DNA of 64,000 nucleotides from assembly GCA_976226885.1 (NCBI GenBank), contig OZ320313.1:156178001-156242000 (forward strand). The letters are read 5' to 3'. The notes beneath the pieces are model-generated. The model did no database searches. It saw only the letters and a program-made list of their open reading frames with translations, and was not told where the DNA came from. Origin of the DNA: Iphione sp. A-MEVVRFRX5 (Eukaryota). How positions within the stretch are numbered: the first letter of the stretch is position 1; each line of letters opens with the position of its first letter. Position numbers and translations under genes: made by a program. Below, in pieces: positions 37,771 through 49,948 of the stretch.

Positions 37771-40629
37771 CATTGCCGAACCCCTTCCAGAAGGCCAGAG
37801 GTATAGGACGGCTCCGATCCGCCGTTCCACTTAGTTCTCCACACCTGGCAGATCACAAGCTTACACCAGCCGTCGCACATCAACCAGTAGAAGTGAACTG
37901 CCCAAACTTTGGAGTTCAAATCCAGTAAATGTTGAGGAAGGTTTAATGGATGCCCATGTCACCAACGCTTTTCAGTCTTTCGCAAGCGCATTTTCAAGCA
38001 CATCATGTGCTTGTCTAATATCGATAAAAGACAAGCAAAACAAGAACGCTTTCTCTTGCTGAACCCCCCTCCATGTGAAAATATTCAACAAGATATGATA
38101 AGATCTGATTAGAATGCATGGTCACCTCAGATAGGACACCGCCTGAATTGCATAGATCTGCCCTCTTCCGGTTAACCTGCCAATCGACAGGGTCATCGAG
38201 CTTAAGCAAACGCCATTGGTCCGTTCCGTTGGGTGGGGGTGGGTGGGGGTGGGATTCTGAGCAGGGGGGCGTGTTATGGGCGACGAGCAGATGCGTGTAC
38301 ATGTATACGGTGTAGACATTGGTAAACCTGGCTGCTGGCATTCACACCCACTTTGTGGAGAGGTTCCCACCTAGCACATCACACCATGCCATCATAGGCT
38401 CTCATTTCGCGACTAATTGCCCCGTTTCAGTTTTCTTCCTGGCAATATTAGCTCCTCCACTGGGTATCCATATGCTGGGCATGAAACCTTGGGTGTCACA
38501 TGCAAGGATTTGAGGCGGAAGGGATGCACCGTTATCTGCTGCAGCTTGCAGCAGCACGACGTGCTTGTTTCTGTCATGTTATGTAGGAAACTGGGATTTT
38601 CTATTTCACAAGTCTTTCACTCACCTAGAATACCCACATTGCTTATGTAGACCTACAAGATATCAATTTGATTTTTGATATGAGGAGATATGTTGAGTAC
38701 ACGAATCGTCCAAAGGAAGGAAGGTGAATGGCTACTGTTTAACTTGCATGAATATTGATTATATTCCATGGCCAATGGTTTAATTTCTGGGTATCACGTA
38801 TGAACTAGTTTTCACCTTTCTGGATAATAGGTTGTATACTGTAATAATATCATATATCAGACCAGACAACGCCCACATTAAACACTTGAGATAAAGTCAT
38901 ATCCAGGGTCGTTCAGTGAAACAGACAACGCCCATAGAGCTCTTTTCTCACATTGAAAATGCTCCCAAAATGCAGCCGCCTCTTCAGATGTTTCCTGTAA
39001 CAGTATCTCATCAAAGTTTCTTTCCTCCATTTTCCTTTTTATGGTCCTCTTGTGTTGAAGAGGTAGATGCAGAATGTTATTCTGTTACCAGCTTTTTCAA
39101 GCAAGCTTCTATTTATAATAAACTAAATAGTTTGAAATAGGTGCCAGCGAGATAAATTGATCAACAGCCATACCACAGGTCCTCTATTGAATTAGATCAT
39201 TATTCCCAGGCATGAAGATTTTTGCTAAAACTAGATGACACCAGACATCTAAATATAATAGAAGTCCTGATTAAAATGAGCTACAACCTAGGGAGATTGT
39301 TAACTACACAGTGACCTACCTTGGTTGTTCTGTGCATGTTATTCGGCTTGCTTTTAGTCACTATGAAGGAAGCAAACTTCAAAAGTGGAATAAGGACAGA
39401 CTTGGTTATAACCTCTTTGAGGTGGATATGTATCTCCAAAAATACTGGGGGTTTTCAGTTAAATTTCTTTTTCATGTCGATACCCATGTTGCAGTGAGTT
39501 ACGTTTTTAAAGAGGAAGACCTAGGTATAGGAAATTATTCAATATCTTCTGTCCAATAAGCTAAAAGGACAATGTCTTCTTAGGGTTTAGTATTATTAAA
39601 CCATACAATCATAGTTTTCTTGATATTATCTATGTTCACTTTAGATCATTTTAGTGAAGACAACCCAGTTTCACTGTTGTGAAGATACATGCATTGACAA
39701 GGTCTCGGTAAAGGAATAGCTAACTAATTTTCTAGACATTTATAACATGTTCAGTGAAGATCGTTTATAGAAAAGGTCTGAAAATTAATACTGTTCAAGC
39801 TGTCATAAACTTGATGATATGACTATTGTAGAATTGTTATAATGATGAACTAAGCTAGTCATAAGGTTGATTTTAGTTACCAGATTTCCATTTTTAGATT
39901 GATTGTCATACAAAATACAAGTTGAGCATTTGCATTCAAAGTTTATGACTAATATATTGTCCTGAACTGGTCCAAGTAATTAATTTATCTTCATCAGAAT
40001 ATAAAAATATTCACCACACAATTGTCTCTGGTAACAAGGTACCATGTCAAATTGACCATGTATCATGTACAAGTGTAGCATTGTCATACAGTTGTAAATG
40101 CCAAGGTACCAGTTTCCAGTTTCCCCAATACATGTATACATATGTCAAACAACACGCACACAAACTGCATCTTTGTCAGTTGTAAATGATCAGTAGCAAA
40201 AACATATGGTTTGGCAACCATTAAACCAGTTTAGTTAATATAAAAAACCACACAGATAGCATACAGACTATGTCGCCATCATCTATGAAGGTAATCCCCA
40301 AACGAATCCCACAGAGATGAGTACATCTAATGGTTATAATGATAGCGAAATGATAAGATATACCAGTATTAAACAAGTAACAAGTAACAACACTAACTTG
40401 AGCTATAATAAAAGAGTAAACATATCAAACTTACCATAGAATGACTCTGTCTTATGAAAAGGATAATAATTAGCTACCCTGATGAGAAAATAGCTTTCCA
40501 ATCTTGTTGCCACCCAAAAAGTTCCTCTCATAAGGAACAGGTGAATCACCACAAATTAAAGGAGCACACAAAAATAGAAAATGATAAAACCCACAGTAGT
40601 TAGATAGATCCTCCGTGCTGGACACCATC

Positions 40630-41210
40630 TAACTAGAGAAGGATTTGATTACCCAATTTGATTCCCGACCAAAATTATATATTTGCATTGTGGAAAGGCA
40701 CAGAACAAAATGACAAAATAAAGGTCAATCAATCAAACCAGCTTTAATTTCCTGGACACCATCAAGTCAAAAACAGGGGACAAATACAGACAAAAAATGT
40801 ATACCAAACTAACTGATGCACACCTGTATCTTTATCATCATTTAGACCATCCAAGCCACTGAAAAGACATTTGCTAATCACAAGCACTAAGGCTAAACAC
40901 AAAATGCTCTGAATTCAACAAGGCTGCTCATACGCTGCTGAAACATCTTACACCATGTAGACATAACATTATGAGATACATAGCCATAAGAAATACAGTT
41001 AGACAGGGTATGACTGCACTTGCATGCACTGATACATCCATCAAGGTAGTTGTACATCATGATGTGTTGTCATCGTACAATTTCATAAATAAAAGGCCTT
41101 AAGAATCATGCAGAACCAAATCCAATACACCAGCAATCTTGGAGAAGTTCTTAGGTTAATTCTGGTATAAAGCAATTCCTTCTAGGACCATTTCTTATTC
41201 AGGGTACATT
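40630..41210 (+). mobile_element. Decayed Penelope-like element, RT thumb/linker region
   Basis: Frameshifted translation LEKDLITQFDSRPKL...IFALWKG...FNFLDTI...MYTKLTDAHLYLYHHLDHPSH*K...SQALRL...CSE matches the PLE pattern FLD...LYxKPTDxHxYLHxxSxHPxHxK...SQALRxxRICS. Confidence 0.75.
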
Positions 41211-42876
41211 ACCACTGAATTTGAATCACATGTTTTTCTTTCATTTACTGATCTCAAAAATATCTTCACAGGGAGTCTAGTAGCTCTATTAATGGTAGTC
41301 TATATTTTCCAGTTGTATATTTATTGATTTCCCTCCAATAGTATGGGTTTAGATTCTATCACTAACTGCTGTAGTGAGATCTAAGGTAAGATTTGAAAAG
41401 TATGTGACATACTTATGACAATATAGAATTGTCAATTTGACTATACTATTGTAATACATAAGATAGATTGGCAAAACCTTTATGACACCCTGAAATGGTA
41501 AAATAGACAAGCCACTGACAATGCCAGTGTAGTATCCTCCTGGATAACGTTAGAACTCTCCTGTATACATCAGCAATAAAACTGCTTCCTGTTATAACCA
41601 AAATGGAGTCTAGTCTCTTCCTTCACTCACTCTCAAATAATCACTAAATATACAACAGCCAGGACAAATTCAACTTTTTCAGTACATTATGTATTTGCCT
41701 TTGGTCCTTCAGATCCCTTCAGCTAAGGACCAGATGTCTTTGATTCTTATATCCCACAATCGTGCCAATATCAACACAAGGATAACTGGGCCTTTTTGTA
41801 ATCTATAGCTCCCGCGCCAACTATAAGCTTATTTAAGAACTTTTAGATAGCATGTGTGAGAGTACTTAAGGGCAATTCAGTTGGTAATACTCTTTAGAGA
41901 GCAACGTGAGCTTTCTTATTTAAATACATGTATATATTTTTCCAAAAGGCTTTTATCTTCCTAATCTAATCCACGCTGTGGCCAGTTATCCATTATATTA
42001 AGTGCAATCCATTTACGTTATTTCTCTATGCATGTACTTATGTTCTCTAAACTAGATTAAAAGCGTGAAAGTACCTATCCTCTCGTCGTCAAGTATTGAA
42101 AAAGTAACATCATACGTTGAAGAAAAGGCTATTGCTAATGCACGTTCGCTCTTGTGTGGAATATTATCTCGCTACGTTAGAAAGGTACACATTTGGGACA
42201 GGCCATCAATCTGTACAACACTTAAGCACATTACGGAAACGGCCCTGAAAAGACGGCTCATATCGGCACAATGCTGACGCATCTACCTGTGCTGCTCTTA
42301 AAACTTCGAGCAGAGTCTGTACCAGTTTACGTTCTTCGTTCTAGTCGTGCAATCGTATTTCGTAGGCATCTCTCACTTTAATTTCTTCGCTTCTGTTCAT
42401 GACACAATCAATACAACTGAGCTGTATGGCGCATATTATGTGTTTGCTGATATATATTTTCGATGTAGTACTTCGTTGTACTTTGCTAAACGTATATCAA
42501 CGTGCGATGCTCAGTCTTCATCTGGATGCACTTACAAATACTTTGTGATGCTAAATGATATAATTCCACTATTTATGTACCAGCGTACCTTTAATTAGTA
42601 ATGTTTGAATGGTATAATTAGTTTAATATGAAAATGAAGGATTTAATTTTTTCCAGACATACATATACAGAGGGGACTCAAAAACCGAACTCAAAAACCA
42701 AATTTTCCCGAATCCGAATGATATTTCCAGGAACCAACCATTTTCCTGTATTTAGCAACTCATATATCCAAAATATTCACTTTCCAAAACCAAACACTGT
42801 TAATTTGTTAAATTAAACTTAAATTATATTCAAAAACTGAATGCTATGACATCCACACTGGTCAAAAATCAAAGGC

Positions 42877-43079
42877 GAGCCTGGTCACTCTCTCCCGTGT
42901 TTGCTACTGTTTGATGAGCTCGCACTTCGGCGAGCCCAGACACTCTCCCCCAAGTTCTTTAAAAATCAAAGGGAAACACTACTGTTTGATGAGCTTGCTC
43001 CATGGTGAGCTGACTGTGAGCCTGGTGGCTCTCCCCATGTTCGCTACTGTTTGATGAGCTTGCACCTTGGCAAGCCCAA
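42877..43079 (+). repeat. Imperfect local duplication with three CTACTGTTTGATGAGCT copies
   Basis: 42877-42939 is similar to 43018-43079; the 17-nt core also occurs at about 42980. Confidence 0.85.
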
Positions 43080-43090
43080 GAGTTTTATCG

Positions 43091-43199
43091 ATTTTCAGAC
43101 GAATTTGGCTTCGTTTTGCTGATTTTCGGATGAATTGGCCTGAATTTTGCTGTTTTTCGGAAGAATTTGGCTTGGTTTTGCCAATTTTTGGACGAATAG
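43091..43199 (+). repeat. 31-bp minisatellite, about 3.5 units (ATTTTCRGAyGAATTTGGCTT..TTTTGCTG)
   Basis: Units start at 43091, 43122, 43153 and 43184. Confidence 0.85.
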
Positions 43200-46100
43200 T
43201 TCACATTGATTACATGATTTATTTAATTTTTGTATGTATGGAAAGTGTTGAGGTAGGGCCTAGGACCCCCCTAACTGATTGAAATTGACAGTGGCCTTAG
43301 GCCACTATTGGAAATCCGAATTACCAGAAAACCGAATGATTTTCGCAGAAACGTTTTTGAATTCTCTCTGCATTAGTAATTATCCTTTTGCCTTTTGGTG
43401 CTTAAAGTCACATTCAGTCGACATTGCAACTAACATCAAAACATATATGGTCCCTTTTAAGCGGGGTATAGTAAAGGTCATGTGCAGTTTAGATATAAAA
43501 ACAACCCTTGGCCTACGGCTAGTTCCACTGAGGGTAATGATGTAGGTAGGCCCGGGGTCGCCAGATAAAAACGTTGCGGAAGGTCGGCCTTTTTCCAGCG
43601 AAAGAGGGGAATCTTCCTGGGCCTACCTACCCGAGTAGCTCATGCCACGAGCGGCTCATCCCATGGACAGCTCAGCTCACCCAATCCCGACCGGACCCGC
43701 TGCCGTGGTATCTTCTGCCGCCCTCCCGCGGTTTTTTGCCGGTAACACTGCCTTCCGCAAGGCAGTTGCTTAGCTCCACCAAGGGTCGGGCGGCGATGAT
43801 CGATGTGACAGCTTTATGATGCGTTCGCGCTGCTAGTTTTTTTCTCTCCGCTTAAAGTCTCGAAGCCCGCGAGGAATTTAGAGCACGACTCGCCAATCTA
43901 CTTCCGGGTTGTGTTTCTAGTGCGTCCCAGCTGGGGGACGTCTCAGGAAAGGTCACCGTAGACATGGTGGGCAAATTCCCTGGATTACGTAAAGTTTCAC
44001 CATCGATGCCCACACCTTTGAACACCGTTTGCCGCTTTGCGTATGTTTTTTGCCTTGGAAAACCTTTTTTTAAAAAAGGGTCTCCTTTCAAAACTTTTTA
44101 TAGGTTTATTAGTTATCAAGTCATGGAGATTAGTTTATCGGAGGCATCTTCTCTGTGGGTGTGGTGTTCACACCTAGATCGGTGAGCTTCAGCCAGCTAT
44201 TATCTGAGTACATTCACGTATCGATTGGAGGGAGTGCTTCTCTTTGGTGCTGACTAAAAAGTGTCGCACGTTTCGAAATTCAGGTAGGAGAATAAAGGGA
44301 AATAGGGAAATCTTTCAGTAGAAGAAGAAGAAGACTAAGTATACGTTTTTATTTCCCGCAGGTGTATCTCTTAGAAATCCCTTTTGCTATACACGTAAAA
44401 CACCCTTTGTGAAGCAGGTACACAACACATCCAAGTAAAGCATGAACATTCTCATCTATGGCATATAGATGCATATAGTTGTCCGCGTTTACACAAAACT
44501 GCGCCCCACTAAGCTGGACAGCCCTCTGTACTGATATTGTAACTGGGGTAAATTCATTATAAATGGATCGTTTCACTGCACCTACACCCAAATAAAACAG
44601 ATTATGTTTTTTTTTGATAATGTCAGTGCATGTGCATATAATTATCTAATCTCGCGAGTGCAACTAGGTAGAGCGAAGGTAATTTATCTAGTACACAAAA
44701 TATCTGCGCATCCGGCCATAGCATATCTGTTACTAGAATTATTTGAATTACTCTTACAATTGCTGAGCGGCGCTGATTTTATACTTTTGAAGTAGAGGGC
44801 TCATAGGACAATGACACTGTCGGCTTTTCAACATACGCAGGATTCTTGTAAATCTCTCGGACTGTAGGGACTAACGGGAAAAGCCCTTTTGGCAGAAGCC
44901 CCAAGAGACACTATGCATTATAAATTGAAGGTTCCTGTTATCAGATGTGTTTCAGACGAGCCTGTTTGTGATTTATACGTTACTCTGTATATTTGGCGCC
45001 ACAGACACGTCATTATTTGAGATTAATCATAGAATAAAAACATCGTCTAGGTCCACGAGCCAATCAAACGGTAAGGATTTATTGGCTTTTGACTTTTCTT
45101 GCGTACCCTTCGCTAAAAACGGTTCGTTATCTTCATCTCACACACAATTGCAGTTGTCCATTTTATTGCCCGATCCTCAAAAAGGTAACGCATGGAAGTA
45201 CGGTCTTCTCGTTGTCTAGCGTCTATTTCACAGACGTAAAACACTGCTCAAGAGGCGGATAAGTGATGTGTTCTCTAACGAGTTGGAAGTGTTACATCTG
45301 GAGCTAAGCTGTCTACCTCGGCGGACGCCATATTCAACTAGTACGAAACAAATTAACTTTCTAGCAACCTTTCTTTACTTTGCTCGCCAAGCATCGTTCG
45401 ACCAATGTATCATTTAAATAGGATGTGTGGTCAAGATAAAACTAACCCTGTTTGTTCATCCTGATAAGAGATATGTTATTGGAGTGGCTTTACATATTTC
45501 AAGTAAGCAGCACAACACTTTTAATCATGACCAGGTATGGGTAGCATACGTGCCTAGGTTAACTATTTTGTATCATGAAACGTGTTATACTCTCGTACTT
45601 TTAGTTCGGGCGAAGAGCGAGGTCAAAATGTTAACCCGTTCTTCCACAGAATAACATATTTACATACATGTTGGTGTAATTACTGTTACCCTATACCCTA
45701 AGTAATTTTCGGATGAGCAATTTATAGGTTACGCACATATATACGAACCATCGCGAATTTACATTCGTACTGACAAAACACTGTACACTCAATCAAATAA
45801 TGGCTTAATATATTTACCTCGTCCAACGATTTGATACCATATGTGTGAAAAGACCTCTGATATTGATTTGCTCCATGAATTACCAGGCTCCAACCTTCTT
45901 TCTGCATGTAGCAAAATATCATAAAGGAAACACATTCCGGAGAGCCAAGTTTATGAATACACAGAGCAGAAGTGTGACGGTCAGACCAGGAATATTCATT
46001 CAGCACTGAAGCAATAGGGTGCCTTACACGAAATACCTTTCTGATGACGCCCCTAACTACCAGGTGGCCACTGCCAGCGGACTGTGAAGCGGATCTAAAG

Positions 46101-49100
46101 ACGCCCGTGCACCCTGTAGGTCCAACATGGGTTCCATATCGACCCCCACCAGGCGGACTTACGGCGAATCTGTCCGGGTCAAACAGTATGGAAAGATTTG
46201 TAAAGAAATGGCACATTTCTGCTGCAGGAGGAGTAGAGGAGAGGAAAAATAGAAATAATCAACATTATATCCGAATACATACATTTTATCAGTTTACGAT
46301 AGGAGGGGGAAAATACCACTTCTGCCCAAGTAATATAATCGGTGTAGAAAACTCGAGCTTGACGTTTCAAATGACGGACATGAGCAATCAACATTCCATC
46401 GCATGTTTCTCTGCAAGCTCTTTTGGTTTTACAATATATTTTGAACCCATGAAAGCATATACATTTATACCGCGCCGTCAGAGTAAATTACGCAGGTAAT
46501 CTATCATGTGTGTGCGACTGTATCTTACCTGTCCAACATAACAGTCTTGTCTTCACTACCAGCATGGGGACGGGACTGCACATAGTAAAGTGAGGCAGGT
46601 TGTGGGGATGGGCGAGGGGCACTCACCTAAAGGTGTGCTGCCCGGAGGAGGCTCCACCTGATACCCAAACCGTGGAGGAGTCTCGGGGCGCGACCATCCA
46701 TCATCAGGAGGAGTCGAGAAGCCATCTCTCGGCTGGCCCTAGAACCAGCTCCTCCCCCATGCCCATTTCGCAACATCCTACCAATCCCCAGCTAAAAAAA
46801 CCATTGGTGGCTGACCCCAGGGGCCTTGTAGATTGAAGCAAGCCCAAGGGGGATAGAGACCATAGCATGGGGAGGCGTTGTCTGAAGTAGCCATTACCCC
46901 CGCCTTTCCCAAATAATCGAATTGTGTCCTTTCTTTCCCAGTGTATTGGTCAAATATGTACACAATGTCAGATGCAGTGTAAAAGATTAAGATTATTGTA
47001 AATTATTTATGTTGTCTTGTCGGAACATAGCTTCGAAGGTGATAAGGATTTGGGAAAGTAAAGGTATGGAATACCGGTTTCTATCAGAATAAGATTAGTT
47101 CACGATAGGGAAGCGAAGGTGCACTATACAAGGCACCTATAGTACCGTTTGACCCTCCATAATAGTCCCACTGCTGTGCATGCCGTGCTCAGCCACGGGA
47201 GAAGGAACACGCTGCTGGTCAAATTACCTCACCAGCCGCAGACTGCTGGAAGCCAGCGACCGTCAGGAGAAGCCAGTGGGAGCCATAGTAGAAGCCACTG
47301 GAGTCACAGCAGAGGTAAACCAAAGAACACTCCCTCAGACATCGGCATTTCTAAACCAGATATCTTATTTTCGGCTAGATCTTCCCCTCCTCCTAAAAAA
47401 ACCAACGTCTAAAAAAGCTATCACTGAAGTCTTTTATGTGAGCGTATCTACGTACAAGAGTATCCAGTCGAGCATGACTTAGTCGTATATGGACTGACGT
47501 CAGTGAAGTGGAAAGAAGACGATTCGTCATTTACAGAGAATTGCCCAACTAGTATGTCGAGAAAAGGCTGAAACTGATAGTATTAGATGGTATCATATAT
47601 GTGCATACAGTACCGTCATCCCAAGCGATACTGAGTTAGCGACAGTCACAAACCGGAGAAGGTACTGAATGTTATTCTGACAAAGCCAGTGTCGTTTATC
47701 ACAGATGGCAGTGCCAAGAATTCCCCTAGATCGGGAAGATAAAGCTATCAGTTCTGGTCCTATTTCTTATAATATGCTATGAACAATGGAAAGACGGTGA
47801 AGACGAATATTGCCTTTCATAGATCTCATCGCAATGATGGTATAATTGTAGAGGTATTTATAAAATAATTAAGATCGAATGGATGAATCACTTCTGCCAT
47901 GATTGAGCAGAACAATGCCTTACCGAAGGGCCGTCCCCGCCAGATTACAGAGTTGGTAGGGCACCACTTGAACAGGACCATGCCTGTGGTTGTTATAGGT
48001 CAGCGGTTCTCAATCACTTGATGTAATGAACGACCTGTGTGTTATAACATATGGACCCTTCTGGTCCTAGGGATGAGTCAGCATCATACAGCAGGTTCAG
48101 GACTACTAATCTTCAAAGAAACTGCAAGACAAGTGTGCCACTGATACGGGGGCATAACCCTTTACTGATGGGCCTTCCCGACACTCAGTTCAGGAAACAC
48201 TGGACCATCAGTCACCAAATTGCAAGATATTTAGCACTCTTTTTCTCACCCATAATAGCTTTGAAACAAATGACGTTTCCTGACATTCTTGTTATTTGTG
48301 GCAAAACTACACGAGAGGCTCACGTTGTAATATGTTTTCAATGCCCAGGTGATAGCTCAACTATTTGCAACAGAAATTCAAACTCCATAAGTGTCATGCC
48401 ATACTGCTCCAAGGTGGTGGACCGAACCAGGTGGAGGCTACTAGTTTTCCAGGCCTCAAGGAGCTTCATCAGATGATTTACTGGCTTATTACAGCCTGAT
48501 ATGTTATGCTGGTCAATAAGCTCCTTCTTGTCGGTGTCTTAACCCTATGAGATTGGGAATATTTTTTGCATGGCAGCGGTGGTCGTCCGTTTTAGGGCTC
48601 AAAAGATGCCGTTTTCCCCTACCAACATAGATATTTGTACATTAGCAAGTTTAAACTGATTGAGTGATTACTATGGCCAATACAAAAGTAAAGATGTTAA
48701 GATGAAAGTGAAAGGAAAAGTTTTGGTTGAAGGCACTTTGTGATCAAGTGTAAGTAGAGGCTATATTGGCAGGAGCTCTCGTGTATGAGGGTTAAAACTC
48801 AGATAAGGATCAGGAGGAGCCAAGAAACAAAAATGCAGATATGGGGAAATCTGTAAATAGAGAAGAGTATGTAATACGAGCAAGATATAAATATCAATGA
48901 CGGATAATTCCTTATATAAATGAGGTTAAAATATATAATTGCTATATATAAACAATATTCAAGTATAAAAATGTACATATAAAAGGACACGTTTCTTCTG
49001 AGAGAATAGATATTGAAATAGATACAACTGTGTTACCCTGGACATTTTCCCGCACCAACGGCAGGGGTCTCAGTATGTCAGACGAACAGGTGTATAGCAT

Positions 49101-49905
49101 CAAATCCCTACCCACCTGTCAGTCAGACGGGTGTATATGGCCCCGACCCCGTGCCCTACCATCTTACCCTCAATGTCACTCAACGAGACCTGCGTTGAAA
49201 GGTCATCGCAAACTCCAGGGCCACAACGGCACAAAATCACACTGACATTGATGTCCAAACACAAACATATTGTATACCATCGTGGCATGGTGCAGAACGT
49301 CCTGCTGGGTGAGTGAGTTTGTGGAGCTGCTAAAGCATATTAACGGTGTAGGCCTTGGATAATAGCAAGAAGTCCAGAGCATATAATCCCCATTTCCCTG
49401 GTCTTTCTCCCTTTTTTCTATCCTGTTCTTCAAATAACTCTTTATTTTGTTGTTGGTATCCCTGATATCATAAATGATGAAAAATATCAGGAAGTTGTTT
49501 GACCTTTCTGGGCAAGTAGCTTAGAATCATCCTTTGAGGCAAAAATGTTTATATTCATCGCTGGCTGCCGTCCGCAACCCAAGTTTTGCCTTAAGCTCGG
49601 CTGTAAACTTCACTTCTCGGAAAAGGACGCAATCGAAACGGGTGAGTGCATCACAAACAAACTCGTGGTATCCACAGTGTAGCAGACGTGAAGCTCCAGG
49701 TTTAGGGACTGGACGTGCCCGCCACTGATTGCCTGCCGCGTGCAGTTCTAGGTGATGGCTACCGCCAGATGTCCTCCCTGCGCCACCCACCAACCGACAC
49801 TCTACGTCAACCGCGCCGTCCCGAGCACTCAGCGGACTAACGCCCGGAATTGCTCCGGACAAAACCGACCGCTCCCTCCCCCATCAGTTTCCTCCCGGAC
49901 CCCCT

Positions 49906-49948
49906 TCCTCTTCCTGCTCCTCCTCCTCCTCCTCCTCCTCCTCCTCCT
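49906..49948 (+). repeat. (CTC)n microsatellite
   Basis: Directly visible. Confidence 0.95.

Noticed and set aside
43091-43199. 31-bp repeats as a CRISPR array
   Set aside because: The units are contiguous and degenerate with no unique spacers, there are no cas genes, and the context is eukaryotic.
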